From Candidatus Saccharimonadales bacterium (GTDB taxonomy: Bacteria > Patescibacteriota > Saccharimonadia > Saccharimonadales > 2-12-FULL-41-12): 64,000 nt of DNA. Location: assembly GCA_025451045.1 (NCBI GenBank), contig JANWLD010000003.1:197690-261689 (forward strand), in the 5' to 3' direction. The stretch's first letter is position 1; each line of letters begins with the position of its first letter. The position numbers and the translations under genes are program-made. The notes under the pieces are model-generated. The model was not told the DNA's origin, did no database searches, and was given only the letters and a program-made list of their open reading frames with translations. Shown one piece after another: positions 56,067 through 64,000 of the stretch.

Positions 56067-59000
56067 TTATATTCGTCCCAGGACTTTATTTTAACTTTTT
56101 CCAAGCTTTTGTCGCTTAGACAGCGCAACAACAGACGCGCGGTTTCAGGATTGGTCATCAGGGGTATGTGATGGTCGATGGTCAGCCGCCTTATCTCATA
56201 AGCATCCTGTTCGTTTTGTTCATATTTATCAGGTACGCAGACTACCAAGTCCAGTTTTCGCTTGGAGATATAGTCTGCCAGTGAACGGGACTTATGTTCT
56301 TTTATCTTGCTCAGGCGTTTCGCGGCTATATCATGCTCGCGAAGAAATTTATAAGTACCGGGCGTAGCATATAGGTTATACCCGCGGTGGGCTAATTCTT
56401 CCAGTTCATCGACAAATTTGAACTTTTGGTCATCCGGCAGACTGACACAGATGTTTTTACCGCTTACTTCCTGGTCGGTAGCCAGCCATGATTTATAAAA
56501 GGCTTCATTTAGGTCTTCTCCGAAACAAGCCACTTCTCCGGTTGATGCCATTTCCACCGTCGCAACCGGATCGGCACCCTTTAATCGGTTATAAGAAAAT
56601 TGTGGATTTTTAACCGCTACATATCCGGGTTCAGGCACGCCATAATCGCCTGGTTTTAGTTTATTTAGCATGGCACGGGTAGCTACAGCGATAAAATTAC
56701 GTTTTGTAACTTTGGAAACAAACGGGAAACTGCGCGATGCCCGGACGTTGCACTCGATAACCTTTATCTGGTTATCTTTGGCTAAGAACTGGATATTGAA
56801 CGGTCCGGTTATGTCCAATTCTTTAATGATTTTCTCTGTTATTCGATTAATTTTACGCAGCGTTTCCAAATAAAGAGATTGGGCCGGCAGTACCACGGTC
56901 GCGTCGCCGGAATGCACGCCGGCATTTTCAATATGCTCGCTGATGATATGAACGACAAGTTTGCCATCTTTAGCTACGCCGTCAATCTCTATCTCTTTGG
57001 CTTGGGTGATGAAATCTGAGATCACCACCGGATGTTCGGGCGACAGAGTTGTCGCTTTATCGAGATAATATTTCATCTCCGAATCAGAATGGACAATACT
57101 CATAGCCCCGCCGGATAGCACGTATGACGGCCTTATTAATACTGGGTACTCGACCTTTTTAGCAAATTTCTTGGCGCTGGCAAGTGTCGTTACTTGTTGC
57201 CAGTCCGGCTGGTCAACATTCAGTTTTTGCAGCATTGAAGAAAACAACTGCCGGTTTTCGGCATTGTTAATGTTTTCTGGGCTAGTACCGAGAATTTTAA
57301 AGCCTGTTTTGTCCAGCAGTGGCGCCAAGTTGTTGGCTATCTGGCCGCCAACCGATACGACCAATGGCGTGCCTTTTTCAAACTCTGCTATATCGGCTAC
57401 CCGCTCATAGGTCAGCTCATCAAAGTATAATCGGTCTGAAATATCAAAGTCAGTAGAAACAGTCTCGGGATTTGAGTTAATAATTACAGTTCCGTAACCG
57501 CTATCTTTAAGCGTTTTTACGGTGTTAACCGCGCACCAGTCAAATTCGACGGATGAGCCAATAGAATACGGGCCTGAGCCAAGCGTAATCACGCTTTTTT
57601 TAAGCGGTTTGATGTCAGAAAAGCGGGCATTATAGGTTAAATAAAGATAGTTGGTTTCGGCTTCAAACTCACCTGCCAGCGTGTCAATCAGCTTTATGTA
57701 TGGTCTAATCCCATATTTTTGCCTAAGTTGTCTGATTTTTTGGTCGTTTGAACCAGTCAGATAGGCAATAGCCTTGTCGGAAAATCCAAGTTTTTTGGCC
57801 TGTGCCAGCAGTTCTTCGTTTAAGTTTTTTGAAGATTTTAGCTTAATTTCTACTTCAAAGACTCTATAAATTTGACCGAGGAACCAATCATCAACGTTAC
57901 TAAGCTTTTTAATCTTTGAAACGGGCTGTTTGTTCTTCAAGGCGTGGTAGATGGCGAAAATTCGGCGATAAGTCGGATTACTTATTTCGTCCAAATAATT
58001 CTTAGCAAATTTGTGCGGATGAAGGGTGAAGCCGTCACATCCGGTATTTTGCATGCGTATGGCCTTTTGCAGAGCTTCAGGAAATGACCGGGCAATAGCC
58101 ATTACTTCACCTACGCTTTTCATTTCCGAGCCGATGCGGTAGTCGGATTTTTTTAGCTTGGTTAGATCCCAGCGGGGCATTTTGACCGCAACATAGTCCA
58201 GCGCCGGTTCAAAAAAGGCCGAAGTACTGCCGGTAACAGAATTTTTGAGCTCATGTAGTTTCTTGCCTAGTATCAATTTGGCGGCAACATAAGCCAACGG
58301 ATAACCGGTAGCTTTGGAGGCTAATGCGCTGGAACGGCTAAGCCTTGCGTTGACTTCGATTACCCTATATTCGCCGGTGTGGGAATTTAGCGCGTATTGG
58401 ATATTGCATTCGCCGATTATATTGAGATGTTTGATAGTTTTTATCGCGATTTCGCGAAGCATGTGGTACTCGTGGTTTGTTAGCGTCTGCGAGGGCGCGA
58501 CAACAATGCTTTCACCGGTGTGGACACCCATTGGGTCCAGGTTTTCCATGTTGCAAACGGTAATAGTGTTATCGCCTGAATCACGGACTACTTCATATTC
58601 AATTTCCTTCCATCCTTCCAGGTATTCCTCTATCAAGACCTGGTTTACTTTATGAAAAGCCTCTCCGCAGCGCTTTTCCAGCTCAGTCTCGTTGTCTATC
58701 CTTCCGGAACCCAATCCGCCCAAACTGAAGCCGGAACGCATCATTATGGGATAACCGATAGCTTTGGCTGCTTTTTTAGCCTCATTAACTGAATAAGTTG
58801 CCCGGCTAACCGCGGTCTTAACATCAATTTGTTTAAGCGCTTGTTTAAATAATTCCCTGTCCTCGGTAACTTTTATTGACTCAATAGAAGTACCCAGTGG
58901 CTTGACCTTATATTTGGCTAAGACGCCCGTTTCCTCCAGTTGAAGACCCAGATTCAAAGCAGTCTGACCGCCAAAACTGAGCAAAATTCCGTCTGGTTTC

Positions 59001-59230
59001 TCCTTTTTAATCACTTCTTCGGCATAATCTTTATTTAAGGGCAGAAAATAAACTTTGTCGGCCATATCCTCATCTGTCTGAACCGTAGCAATATTCGGAT
59101 TAATAAGGACTGTTTTGATACCTTCTTCTTTCAACGCCTTGATAGCCTGCGAACCAGAATAATCAAACTCGCCAGCCTGGCCTATCTTCAACCCCCCGGA
59201 ACCTAAAATTAAAACTTTGCGCAATTTCAT
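56063..59230 (-). CDS. carB: Carbamoyl-phosphate synthase large subunit
   Basis: At 1055 aa it has two ATP-grasp halves and starts KVLILGSGGLKIGQAGEFDYSGSQA. It overlaps the convergent purB gene by 4 nt. Confidence 0.95.
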   Translation of the reverse strand: MKLRKVLILGSGGLKIGQAGEFDYSGSQAIKALKEEGIKTVLINPNIATVQTDEDMADKVYFLPLNKDYAEEVIKKEKPDGILLSFGGQTALNLGLQLEETGVLAKYKVKPLGTSIESIKVTEDRELFKQALKQIDVKTAVSRATYSVNEAKKAAKAIGYPIMMRSGFSLGGLGSGRIDNETELEKRCGEAFHKVNQVLIEEYLEGWKEIEYEVVRDSGDNTITVCNMENLDPMGVHTGESIVVAPSQTLTNHEYHMLREIAIKTIKHLNIIGECNIQYALNSHTGEYRVIEVNARLSRSSALASKATGYPLAYVAAKLILGKKLHELKNSVTGSTSAFFEPALDYVAVKMPRWDLTKLKKSDYRIGSEMKSVGEVMAIARSFPEALQKAIRMQNTGCDGFTLHPHKFAKNYLDEISNPTYRRIFAIYHALKNKQPVSKIKKLSNVDDWFLGQIYRVFEVEIKLKSSKNLNEELLAQAKKLGFSDKAIAYLTGSNDQKIRQLRQKYGIRPYIKLIDTLAGEFEAETNYLYLTYNARFSDIKPLKKSVITLGSGPYSIGSSVEFDWCAVNTVKTLKDSGYGTVIINSNPETVSTDFDISDRLYFDELTYERVADIAEFEKGTPLVVSVGGQIANNLAPLLDKTGFKILGTSPENINNAENRQLFSSMLQKLNVDQPDWQQVTTLASAKKFAKKVEYPVLIRPSYVLSGGAMSIVHSDSEMKYYLDKATTLSPEHPVVISDFITQAKEIEIDGVAKDGKLVVHIISEHIENAGVHSGDATVVLPAQSLYLETLRKINRITEKIIKELDITGPFNIQFLAKDNQIKVIECNVRASRSFPFVSKVTKRNFIAVATRAMLNKLKPGDYGVPEPGYVAVKNPQFSYNRLKGADPVATVEMASTGEVACFGEDLNEAFYKSWLATDQEVSGKNICVSLPDDQKFKFVDELEELAHRGYNLYATPGTYKFLREHDIAAKRLSKIKEHKSRSLADYISKRKLDLVVCVPDKYEQNEQDAYEIRRLTIDHHIPLMTNPETARLLLRCLSDKSLEKVKIKSWDEYN

Positions 59231-59324
59231 TTATTACCTCGAAATAGTCGCAAACGCCACAGGCTTGAGCATAGCGAAACCTGTAAAGAGCTATTGAGAG
59301 GGAAAGAATGAAATTTTAATTCCG

Positions 59325-60467
59325 TCATAGCAGCTCCGTGAACTTATCAAACAGCCACTCTGTATCAGTTGGGCCGGGACAGGCTTCAGGGTGGAACTGA
59401 ACGGAAAAGAATGGTTTATTTTTGTGAGCTATACCCTCCACCGAACCATCGTTCAGGTTGCTAAAATAAATCTGCCAGTTTTTAGGCATAGTGGATTTAT
59501 CAACCGCATAACCGTGGTTCTGGCTGGTGATATAGCATTTTCCGGTCAACTCATCGCGGCATGGCTGGTTGTGGCCGCGGTGGCCAAATTTAAGCTTGTA
59601 GGTCTTAGCGCCGGCGGCCAATGACATCAGCTGGCTGCCGAGGCAAATACCAAAGACCGGCTTGTTTCCTTCGATTAATCTTTTAATACTAGCAATAGCC
59701 GGCTGGTAATCAGTAGGGTCGCCGGGCCCGTTGGATAGCATCACTCCGTCATATTTTTCCTTTGATAAATCATAATCATGCGGCACGCGCAGCACGTTAA
59801 GTTTCCTGTTTTGAAGTGAGCGTACGATGTTTTCTTTGGCGCCGCAATCAAGCAACACGACGGTTTTAGTCGCACTCTTGGTCTTGTATAAGATCGGCTT
59901 GTCAATTGAAACTAGGGGCTTTTTAGTGGTGAGGTCAGGTTTGGCTGTTTTGTTGGAGCTTATAACCCCGTTCACTACGCCTTTTGAGCGTAAATGCCTG
60001 GTCAGTTCGCGCGTGTCTACGTCGTGGATTATCGATACGTTCTGCCCTTTTAACCACTGGAGAAAGGACTCTTCTGATTGCGGATGGCTCCAGCCTATGG
60101 TCTGCTCGGACACCACTACGCCCTTGGCATAGATACGTTTGGACTCCCAGCGGTCTTTATGTACGCCATAATTGCCAATTAGCGGGTAGGTAAAGACTAG
60201 TATCTGCTCGGAATACGAAGGGTCAGTCAATGACTCGACATAACCTGTCATACCGGTGTTAAAAACGACTTCGCCAGTTTCTGATTGTTTCTGCCAAATG
60301 GGAATCTGTCCTTTGAACCTCAGGCCGTTTTGCAGTATCAGTTCGCCGTTTTTTGACTTAAAAAAATCGCCCGACTGGGGGCGATTCGTCCTTTTAGCGT
60401 TGATGTTTTTTTCTCTCACTTTATTCACGCCTCGATATACACTATCAGGCAATATATTTATATGCAA
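59325..60467 (-). CDS. carA: Carbamoyl-phosphate synthase small (glutaminase) subunit, with about 35-aa N-terminal extension
   Basis: GEVVFNTGMTGYVESLTDPSY and the GATase triad region GICLGSQL are present. The extension may reflect a miscalled start. Confidence 0.85.
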   Translation of the reverse strand: MHINILPDSVYRGVNKVREKNINAKRTNRPQSGDFFKSKNGELILQNGLRFKGQIPIWQKQSETGEVVFNTGMTGYVESLTDPSYSEQILVFTYPLIGNYGVHKDRWESKRIYAKGVVVSEQTIGWSHPQSEESFLQWLKGQNVSIIHDVDTRELTRHLRSKGVVNGVISSNKTAKPDLTTKKPLVSIDKPILYKTKSATKTVVLLDCGAKENIVRSLQNRKLNVLRVPHDYDLSKEKYDGVMLSNGPGDPTDYQPAIASIKRLIEGNKPVFGICLGSQLMSLAAGAKTYKLKFGHRGHNQPCRDELTGKCYITSQNHGYAVDKSTMPKNWQIYFSNLNDGSVEGIAHKNKPFFSVQFHPEACPGPTDTEWLFDKFTELL

Positions 60468-60470
60468 GGC

Positions 60471-61031
60471 TCAGTCGCCGGAACGCAGAAGCTGAGCTAA
60501 CAAGCCGGCCGAAAGCAACATGATTAAGGAGTAAAAGCCGACCTCACCGTATAATTCGACCTTGTATCCTTCGTTAAAATTAAGCACAAAATAACTTACC
60601 GCGGTCAGCGAATACGCGGCTGCTGACAATATAGCTGTCGCGTACAGCGCGCTTCGGCTGGCCAACAGCCCGGAAATGATAATCGGTATCACAAAGAGAA
60701 ATACCGCGCGGCTAGCCATCCCGCGCTCCTCATATACCAAAAAAGAAGCAAAGGCTATGTCTGAGAGTATCATCAGTCCGAGAAGGGATTTATATAGGTG
60801 TATGTGCCCGGAGCGGGATTTTACCAAATACCAAATAATTCCATCGACAGCCATTAGTCCGGATATCGCTACCCACCTCTTTAGCACCGATTCCGGGGTA
60901 ATTAACTGGGAAGCGTCATAGATAATAGTCTGGCCAATTAGAGCCAAAATAAGTACGAAATGTAGTTTGCAAAAACCAATTAGCCCGCTTCGAAGGCGTG
61001 TTTCCGTAGGTTTATTGTTTCTTTTTGCCAT
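60471..61031 (-). CDS. Hypothetical integral membrane protein (5-6 TM)
   Basis: Hydrophobic profile only. Confidence 0.5.
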   Translation of the reverse strand: MAKRNNKPTETRLRSGLIGFCKLHFVLILALIGQTIIYDASQLITPESVLKRWVAISGLMAVDGIIWYLVKSRSGHIHLYKSLLGLMILSDIAFASFLVYEERGMASRAVFLFVIPIIISGLLASRSALYATAILSAAAYSLTAVSYFVLNFNEGYKVELYGEVGFYSLIMLLSAGLLAQLLRSGD

Positions 61032-61064
61032 AAGTTAGCCTTAAGCATTATAGCAAGCCGTTTT

Positions 61065-61466
61065 TCAATTGATAAATTGCGAAGCCGCTACCAACAAGAT
61101 GGTGATTAAAAGAGCAATTGTCGCGGACTTTTTAGTCAGTTGGTGAGCATACTTCTTGTCTTTGTCGCGTTTATTCTGGCTAAGCACGTTCTGGGTGATT
61201 CCCTGCTCGCTTGTCATGTTGTAGCGGCCGCTGCGGGCGTAATTGGTGCAAAAGCCGTATTTAGCCTCATTAAGGCCGTGAACGGATATAAAAATAGGCA
61301 CTATTATAATCGCGTACAGCCATATGGGTACATTAAAGAAAACCAGCATGGTATAAAGAGCGACGCTAACCAAACCGACGCCATAGCCAACTACCCGCTT
61401 GCGATACTTAATTTCTGATTCGCCGATATTACATTTACCGGCTTGATATTCTTTGGACATATCCAC
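61065..61466 (-). CDS. Hypothetical membrane protein (3 TM)
   Basis: Hydrophobic profile only; no motif recognised. Confidence 0.45.
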   Translation of the reverse strand: MDMSKEYQAGKCNIGESEIKYRKRVVGYGVGLVSVALYTMLVFFNVPIWLYAIIIVPIFISVHGLNEAKYGFCTNYARSGRYNMTSEQGITQNVLSQNKRDKDKKYAHQLTKKSATIALLITILLVAASQFIN

Positions 61467-61478
61467 CTATTATAACCG

Positions 61479-61706
61479 TTAGTTGCTTAAGTCTGTGGTT
61501 CGGTAATTGGCCGGCGGAGGTAATTCAAAAAGCCAGCCGGTTGTTTTAAGCCGTTTGAATACAGGAGCTACTTTTTGAACCCTTACGGCTCTTTCCACGG
61601 CTTGGGCTATGCCTTCAAGAATGGAATCGTTATCTGGCACTAGTGTTTCTTCACCGCCCACTACTTCAACTTTGTAGCCGCTGCCTAGTACTTCGCCATC
61701 TTTCAT
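61479..61706 (-). CDS. Hypothetical small protein
   Basis: The ORF abuts the downstream gene on the same strand. There is no other support. Confidence 0.35.
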   Translation of the reverse strand: MKDGEVLGSGYKVEVVGGEETLVPDNDSILEGIAQAVERAVRVQKVAPVFKRLKTTGWLFELPPPANYRTTDLSN

Positions 61707-61805
61707 AATTGAGTAAATAATGTCATATGAATGGTCTTAAGTCAAAATTTTTAGTTTAAAAAGTAATTCCTCGCAAGTACTTAATTTGTAAATTATTAAA
61801 CAATA

Positions 61806-62426
61806 TTGTATTATTTAACAATAGTGTTAGCTAAGTTTTATAAATTAAGCCATATCAACCAAGGTATTATCATCGGGTGCCTGCTGGTAATTGCTTTGGC
61901 TTGTGCTATCCCGGTTCGGCTGATTTATTCGCTAAACCATATTGGCCCGACTACCATTCAGCAGCCAGCAGTCAAGCCTTACTCCGCGCCTAAAAGCAGC
62001 ATTTCTGGCAAGCCAGTTGATCTTAACATCCCTTCCTTGCAAATTCATCTGCCGGTAATCGACGGCCAGTATAATCCAAACACGAACGGATGGACACTAA
62101 CAGATGGTAATGTCCAATATTTAGTCGATAGCGCCCAACCTAATAATCTAGGCGGCAAGACTTTCATCTATGGCCACGCCCTCAGAAGTGTTTTTGGAAG
62201 GCTGCAATACATTCAGCCTGACGCGGTATTATCATTAACTACCAACAACGGCTACCAGTTCAATTATCGGTTTAAATCTAGTTTCGCAACCTCGCCATCG
62301 GATCTTTCGGTCCTTCATAATACTAAAAAGCCCGTACTTTACGTACAAACTTGCTCGGGTGTTTTCTCCCAGCATCGTCAAATATTCAACTTCGAGTACG
62401 TCGGCTACGAAAAAATTAAAACTTAG
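61806..62426 (+). CDS. Sortase-family transpeptidase, N-terminal TM anchor
   Basis: A TM segment (GIIIGCLLVIALACAI) is followed by LNIPSLQIHLPVI, FIYGH (catalytic His), LYVQTCSG (catalytic Cys in a TLxTC-like context) and a later HR. It has a non-ATG start (TTG at 61806 or GTG at 61824). Confidence 0.7.
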   Translation: MYYLTIVLAKFYKLSHINQGIIIGCLLVIALACAIPVRLIYSLNHIGPTTIQQPAVKPYSAPKSSISGKPVDLNIPSLQIHLPVIDGQYNPNTNGWTLTDGNVQYLVDSAQPNNLGGKTFIYGHALRSVFGRLQYIQPDAVLSLTTNNGYQFNYRFKSSFATSPSDLSVLHNTKKPVLYVQTCSGVFSQHRQIFNFEYVGYEKIKT

Positions 62427-63772
62427 GCAGCCGAAACTTCAATACCCTCGCGCGTACCCCAACCGGTACGTCTGCAAGTAGCGATGGCATACCACCTAAT
62501 TATCCGAAGTACGAAATATGCCCACAGAGACGACGGCAAGGCTGTCGCGTAGGTTAACATCTGTGACTTAAACGTTTCATCGCTACGTTTAATAGTCAGA
62601 TAGAACAGGGCCTGACCATAACCAACAAGAATTGGGACAAGAATCAGGAGAGGGATAACTGTACGGGTGAGTATCGGAGTCAAAATGAACAGGGATATGA
62701 AAATTGCCAGCGAAATTGCCATCTGCAGCCAACCGAACATATGCGACCAATAGCCATAGCTGTTAAGCGGTAGGTATTTGAATCGCCAGAAGGTACGGAT
62801 AAAAGCGCCTCGCATCCATCTGACGTATTGTCGGATATGATGGTCTAGGTTTTCGGGCATTGCCGTGAAGGCGAAGCTCGAAGTCTGTTGCACTGCCTTG
62901 CCTTCGACGAGGGCATATAGGGTTAACATCGAGTCATCAGAGAATTCAACCGGCCGGCCGAAAAATGATTCGTTAATATAACCATCTAGATTCTTACGTA
63001 CAACCTTGCCGTCATAGAAAGCCAAGACACCGGAGTTCACCAGCACCGACCCCATGGTCGACATAGATGAACGATCTACCAGCTGGCCCATGACGAACCA
63101 TAGGTCGGTAAATCGAGTTAAGAAATTCTTTTGGTTGTTGATTGCCATCACAATGCCGGCAACTGACTTGACTTTAGGGTCAATGAAAGGCTTGAGCCCT
63201 TCCTTAACCGCCTCGCGGTCCAGTATCCCGTCAGAGTCGACAGTCAGGTAAACATTAGCCCGGCGGGCCATGTTAATGGCTACGTACTGGGCATGGCGTT
63301 TACCGCCGTTCTCAGTACGTTTCCAATACATCCGGATTCCGGCCTCTTCGGCGCGCTTAAAAGCCCATTTCTTGACTTCTCGGTAGTCCGCTGCGGTTGA
63401 ACCGTCATCAATAACAATAATCTTTTGCGGTTTGCGGCTCTGGGTGATGATGGAGTTAATACATCTCTCAAGAAAAACCGGGTCTTCATTGTAGGTCGGA
63501 ATTATGGCAACAACTAGCAGCTTATTGAGGTAGGCTTGCTGTTGTTTGTTGACTGATTTTGGCTTATCAAGCAAGGCCAAGGTAGTAGTCCAAGCAAGCA
63601 TTAAAAAAGCAAAAGCATAGATTAGTTCCAAGTTGTTAATCAACGCCTTAGAACCATAGAGCACTGTTAAAACATGCCGCATGGCCCATAGGGCCATTAC
63701 GGCAAATAAAAAGGCGATGACTGGAATTAGGCGAGATTGACTCTGCCTAGCTTTGGGTCTTCTATACGCCAT
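62423..63772 (-). CDS. Membrane-integrated processive GT2 (hyaluronan synthase/NodC/chitin-synthase-like)
   Basis: IPTYNEDP, IDDGS, VDSDG, SDDSMLT (GDDRxLT-like) and QYVRW (QxxRW) are present, with N- and C-terminal TM clusters. The ATG at 63772 overlaps the stop of the upstream mini-ORF; alternative starts are 63787 and 63826. Confidence 0.8.
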   Translation of the reverse strand: MAYRRPKARQSQSRLIPVIAFLFAVMALWAMRHVLTVLYGSKALINNLELIYAFAFLMLAWTTTLALLDKPKSVNKQQQAYLNKLLVVAIIPTYNEDPVFLERCINSIITQSRKPQKIIVIDDGSTAADYREVKKWAFKRAEEAGIRMYWKRTENGGKRHAQYVAINMARRANVYLTVDSDGILDREAVKEGLKPFIDPKVKSVAGIVMAINNQKNFLTRFTDLWFVMGQLVDRSSMSTMGSVLVNSGVLAFYDGKVVRKNLDGYINESFFGRPVEFSDDSMLTLYALVEGKAVQQTSSFAFTAMPENLDHHIRQYVRWMRGAFIRTFWRFKYLPLNSYGYWSHMFGWLQMAISLAIFISLFILTPILTRTVIPLLILVPILVGYGQALFYLTIKRSDETFKSQMLTYATALPSSLWAYFVLRIIRWYAIATCRRTGWGTREGIEVSAA

Positions 63773-63926
63773 TGATTGACTTGTCATGTCGCCATGCGAA
63801 ACGAATCGCAAGAGCAGCACCCACAACGATTGTTAAAGCAATCGCTAGGATCCAAGCTTGGCTTATGACAACCCCACCTACTAAAAGCCCGCCACCTGTT
63901 GCAGGTAAAGCTTTAGTGTAGTTCAT
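63762..63926 (-). CDS. Unannotated 54-codon ORF consisting of a bare LPXTG-type sorting signal
   Basis: It is below the ORF-track size cutoff and was translated by hand: MNYTKALPATGGGLLVGGVVISQAWILAIALTIVVGAALAIRFAWRHDKSINGV. AAGGAGGAG lies 4 nt upstream of the ATG. LPATG is followed by a hydrophobic stretch and a basic tail. Confidence 0.55.
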   Translation of the reverse strand: MNYTKALPATGGGLLVGGVVISQAWILAIALTIVVGAALAIRFAWRHDKSINGV

Positions 63927-63954
63927 AACTCCTCCTTACATACACCTTAAAAAA

Positions 63955-63967
63955 AGTGTTGAACACT
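63955..63967. promoter_or_regulatory. 13-bp perfect palindrome AGTGTTgAACACT between promoter and mini-ORF (candidate operator)
   Basis: It lies directly downstream of the -10 box. A 1-nt loop makes a full hairpin implausible, which favours a dimer-binding site. Confidence 0.35.
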
Positions 63968-63996
63968 ATGATAGCATTTCCTTTTCATAATTGCAA
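63968..63996 (-). promoter_or_regulatory. Sigma70-type promoter (TTGCAA-17-TATCAT) for the mini-ORF/GT2 unit
   Basis: On the minus strand the -35 box is at 63991-63996 and the -10 box at 63968-63973. Confidence 0.45.
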
Positions 63997-64000
63997 GTAT

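Noticed and set aside
59231-59324. 94-nt spacer between carA and carB as a possible regulatory RNA (pyrimidine/arginine attenuator)
   Set aside because: Only a weak 5-bp hairpin (ACAGG...CCTGT) is present. There is no terminator/antiterminator pair or U-run, so the evidence is insufficient.
63955-63967. AGTGTTgAACACT followed by a T-run, read as an intrinsic terminator or attenuator after the mini-ORF promoter
   Set aside because: A full 6-bp stem would leave a 1-nt loop, which is sterically impossible. The feasible 4-bp stem is too weak. It is more likely a palindromic operator, and is reported as such with low confidence.

Overview
This is a gene-dense 64-kb chromosomal window with about 60 CDS and one tRNA. 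It appears to come from a compact bacterial genome with monoderm-type envelope genes: an LCP ligase, a sortase and an LPXTG signal. A Patescibacteria/Saccharibacteria-like or other Gram-positive-type origin is only a guess and cannot be verified here. The housekeeping content is clear. It includes serC(partial)-serA, a lysC-dapB-dapA operon with divergent asd, a fused trehalose-6-P synthase/phosphatase and a distant GH37 trehalase. It also includes a complete F1Fo ATP synthase operon (atpZ-B-E-F-H-A-G-D-C), smpB, tRNA-Asn and a UvrD-type helicase-nuclease. A roughly 15-kb purine de novo supercluster follows (purL, purM, prs, purD, purN, purF, folD, fchA-like, purE, purK, purC, purB), then carB-carA. 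I found no rRNA, CRISPR array, transposase, integrase or reverse transcriptase. Six things seem most worth a second look. (1) A 759-aa RelA/SpoT homologue has motifs that read HD-like, then alarmone synthetase, then a second complete HD hydrolase domain. It has its own promoter and a trailing small P-loop kinase. (2) Next to it is a tandem triplet of paralogous genes of unknown family, each with its own -10 box 8-9 nt from the ATG. (3) An unannotated 54-codon ORF consists of essentially nothing but an LPATG sorting signal. It is translationally coupled to a HAS/NodC-like processive GT2 and lies next to a sortase. (4) A perfect 38-bp direct repeat duplicates the smpB 3' end and leaves a ghost C-terminus. 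(5) A secreted fibre protein carries eleven 10-residue repeats. (6) An orphan substrate-binding protein is paired with a histidine kinase. All functional calls rest on motif recognition by eye; no searches were run.
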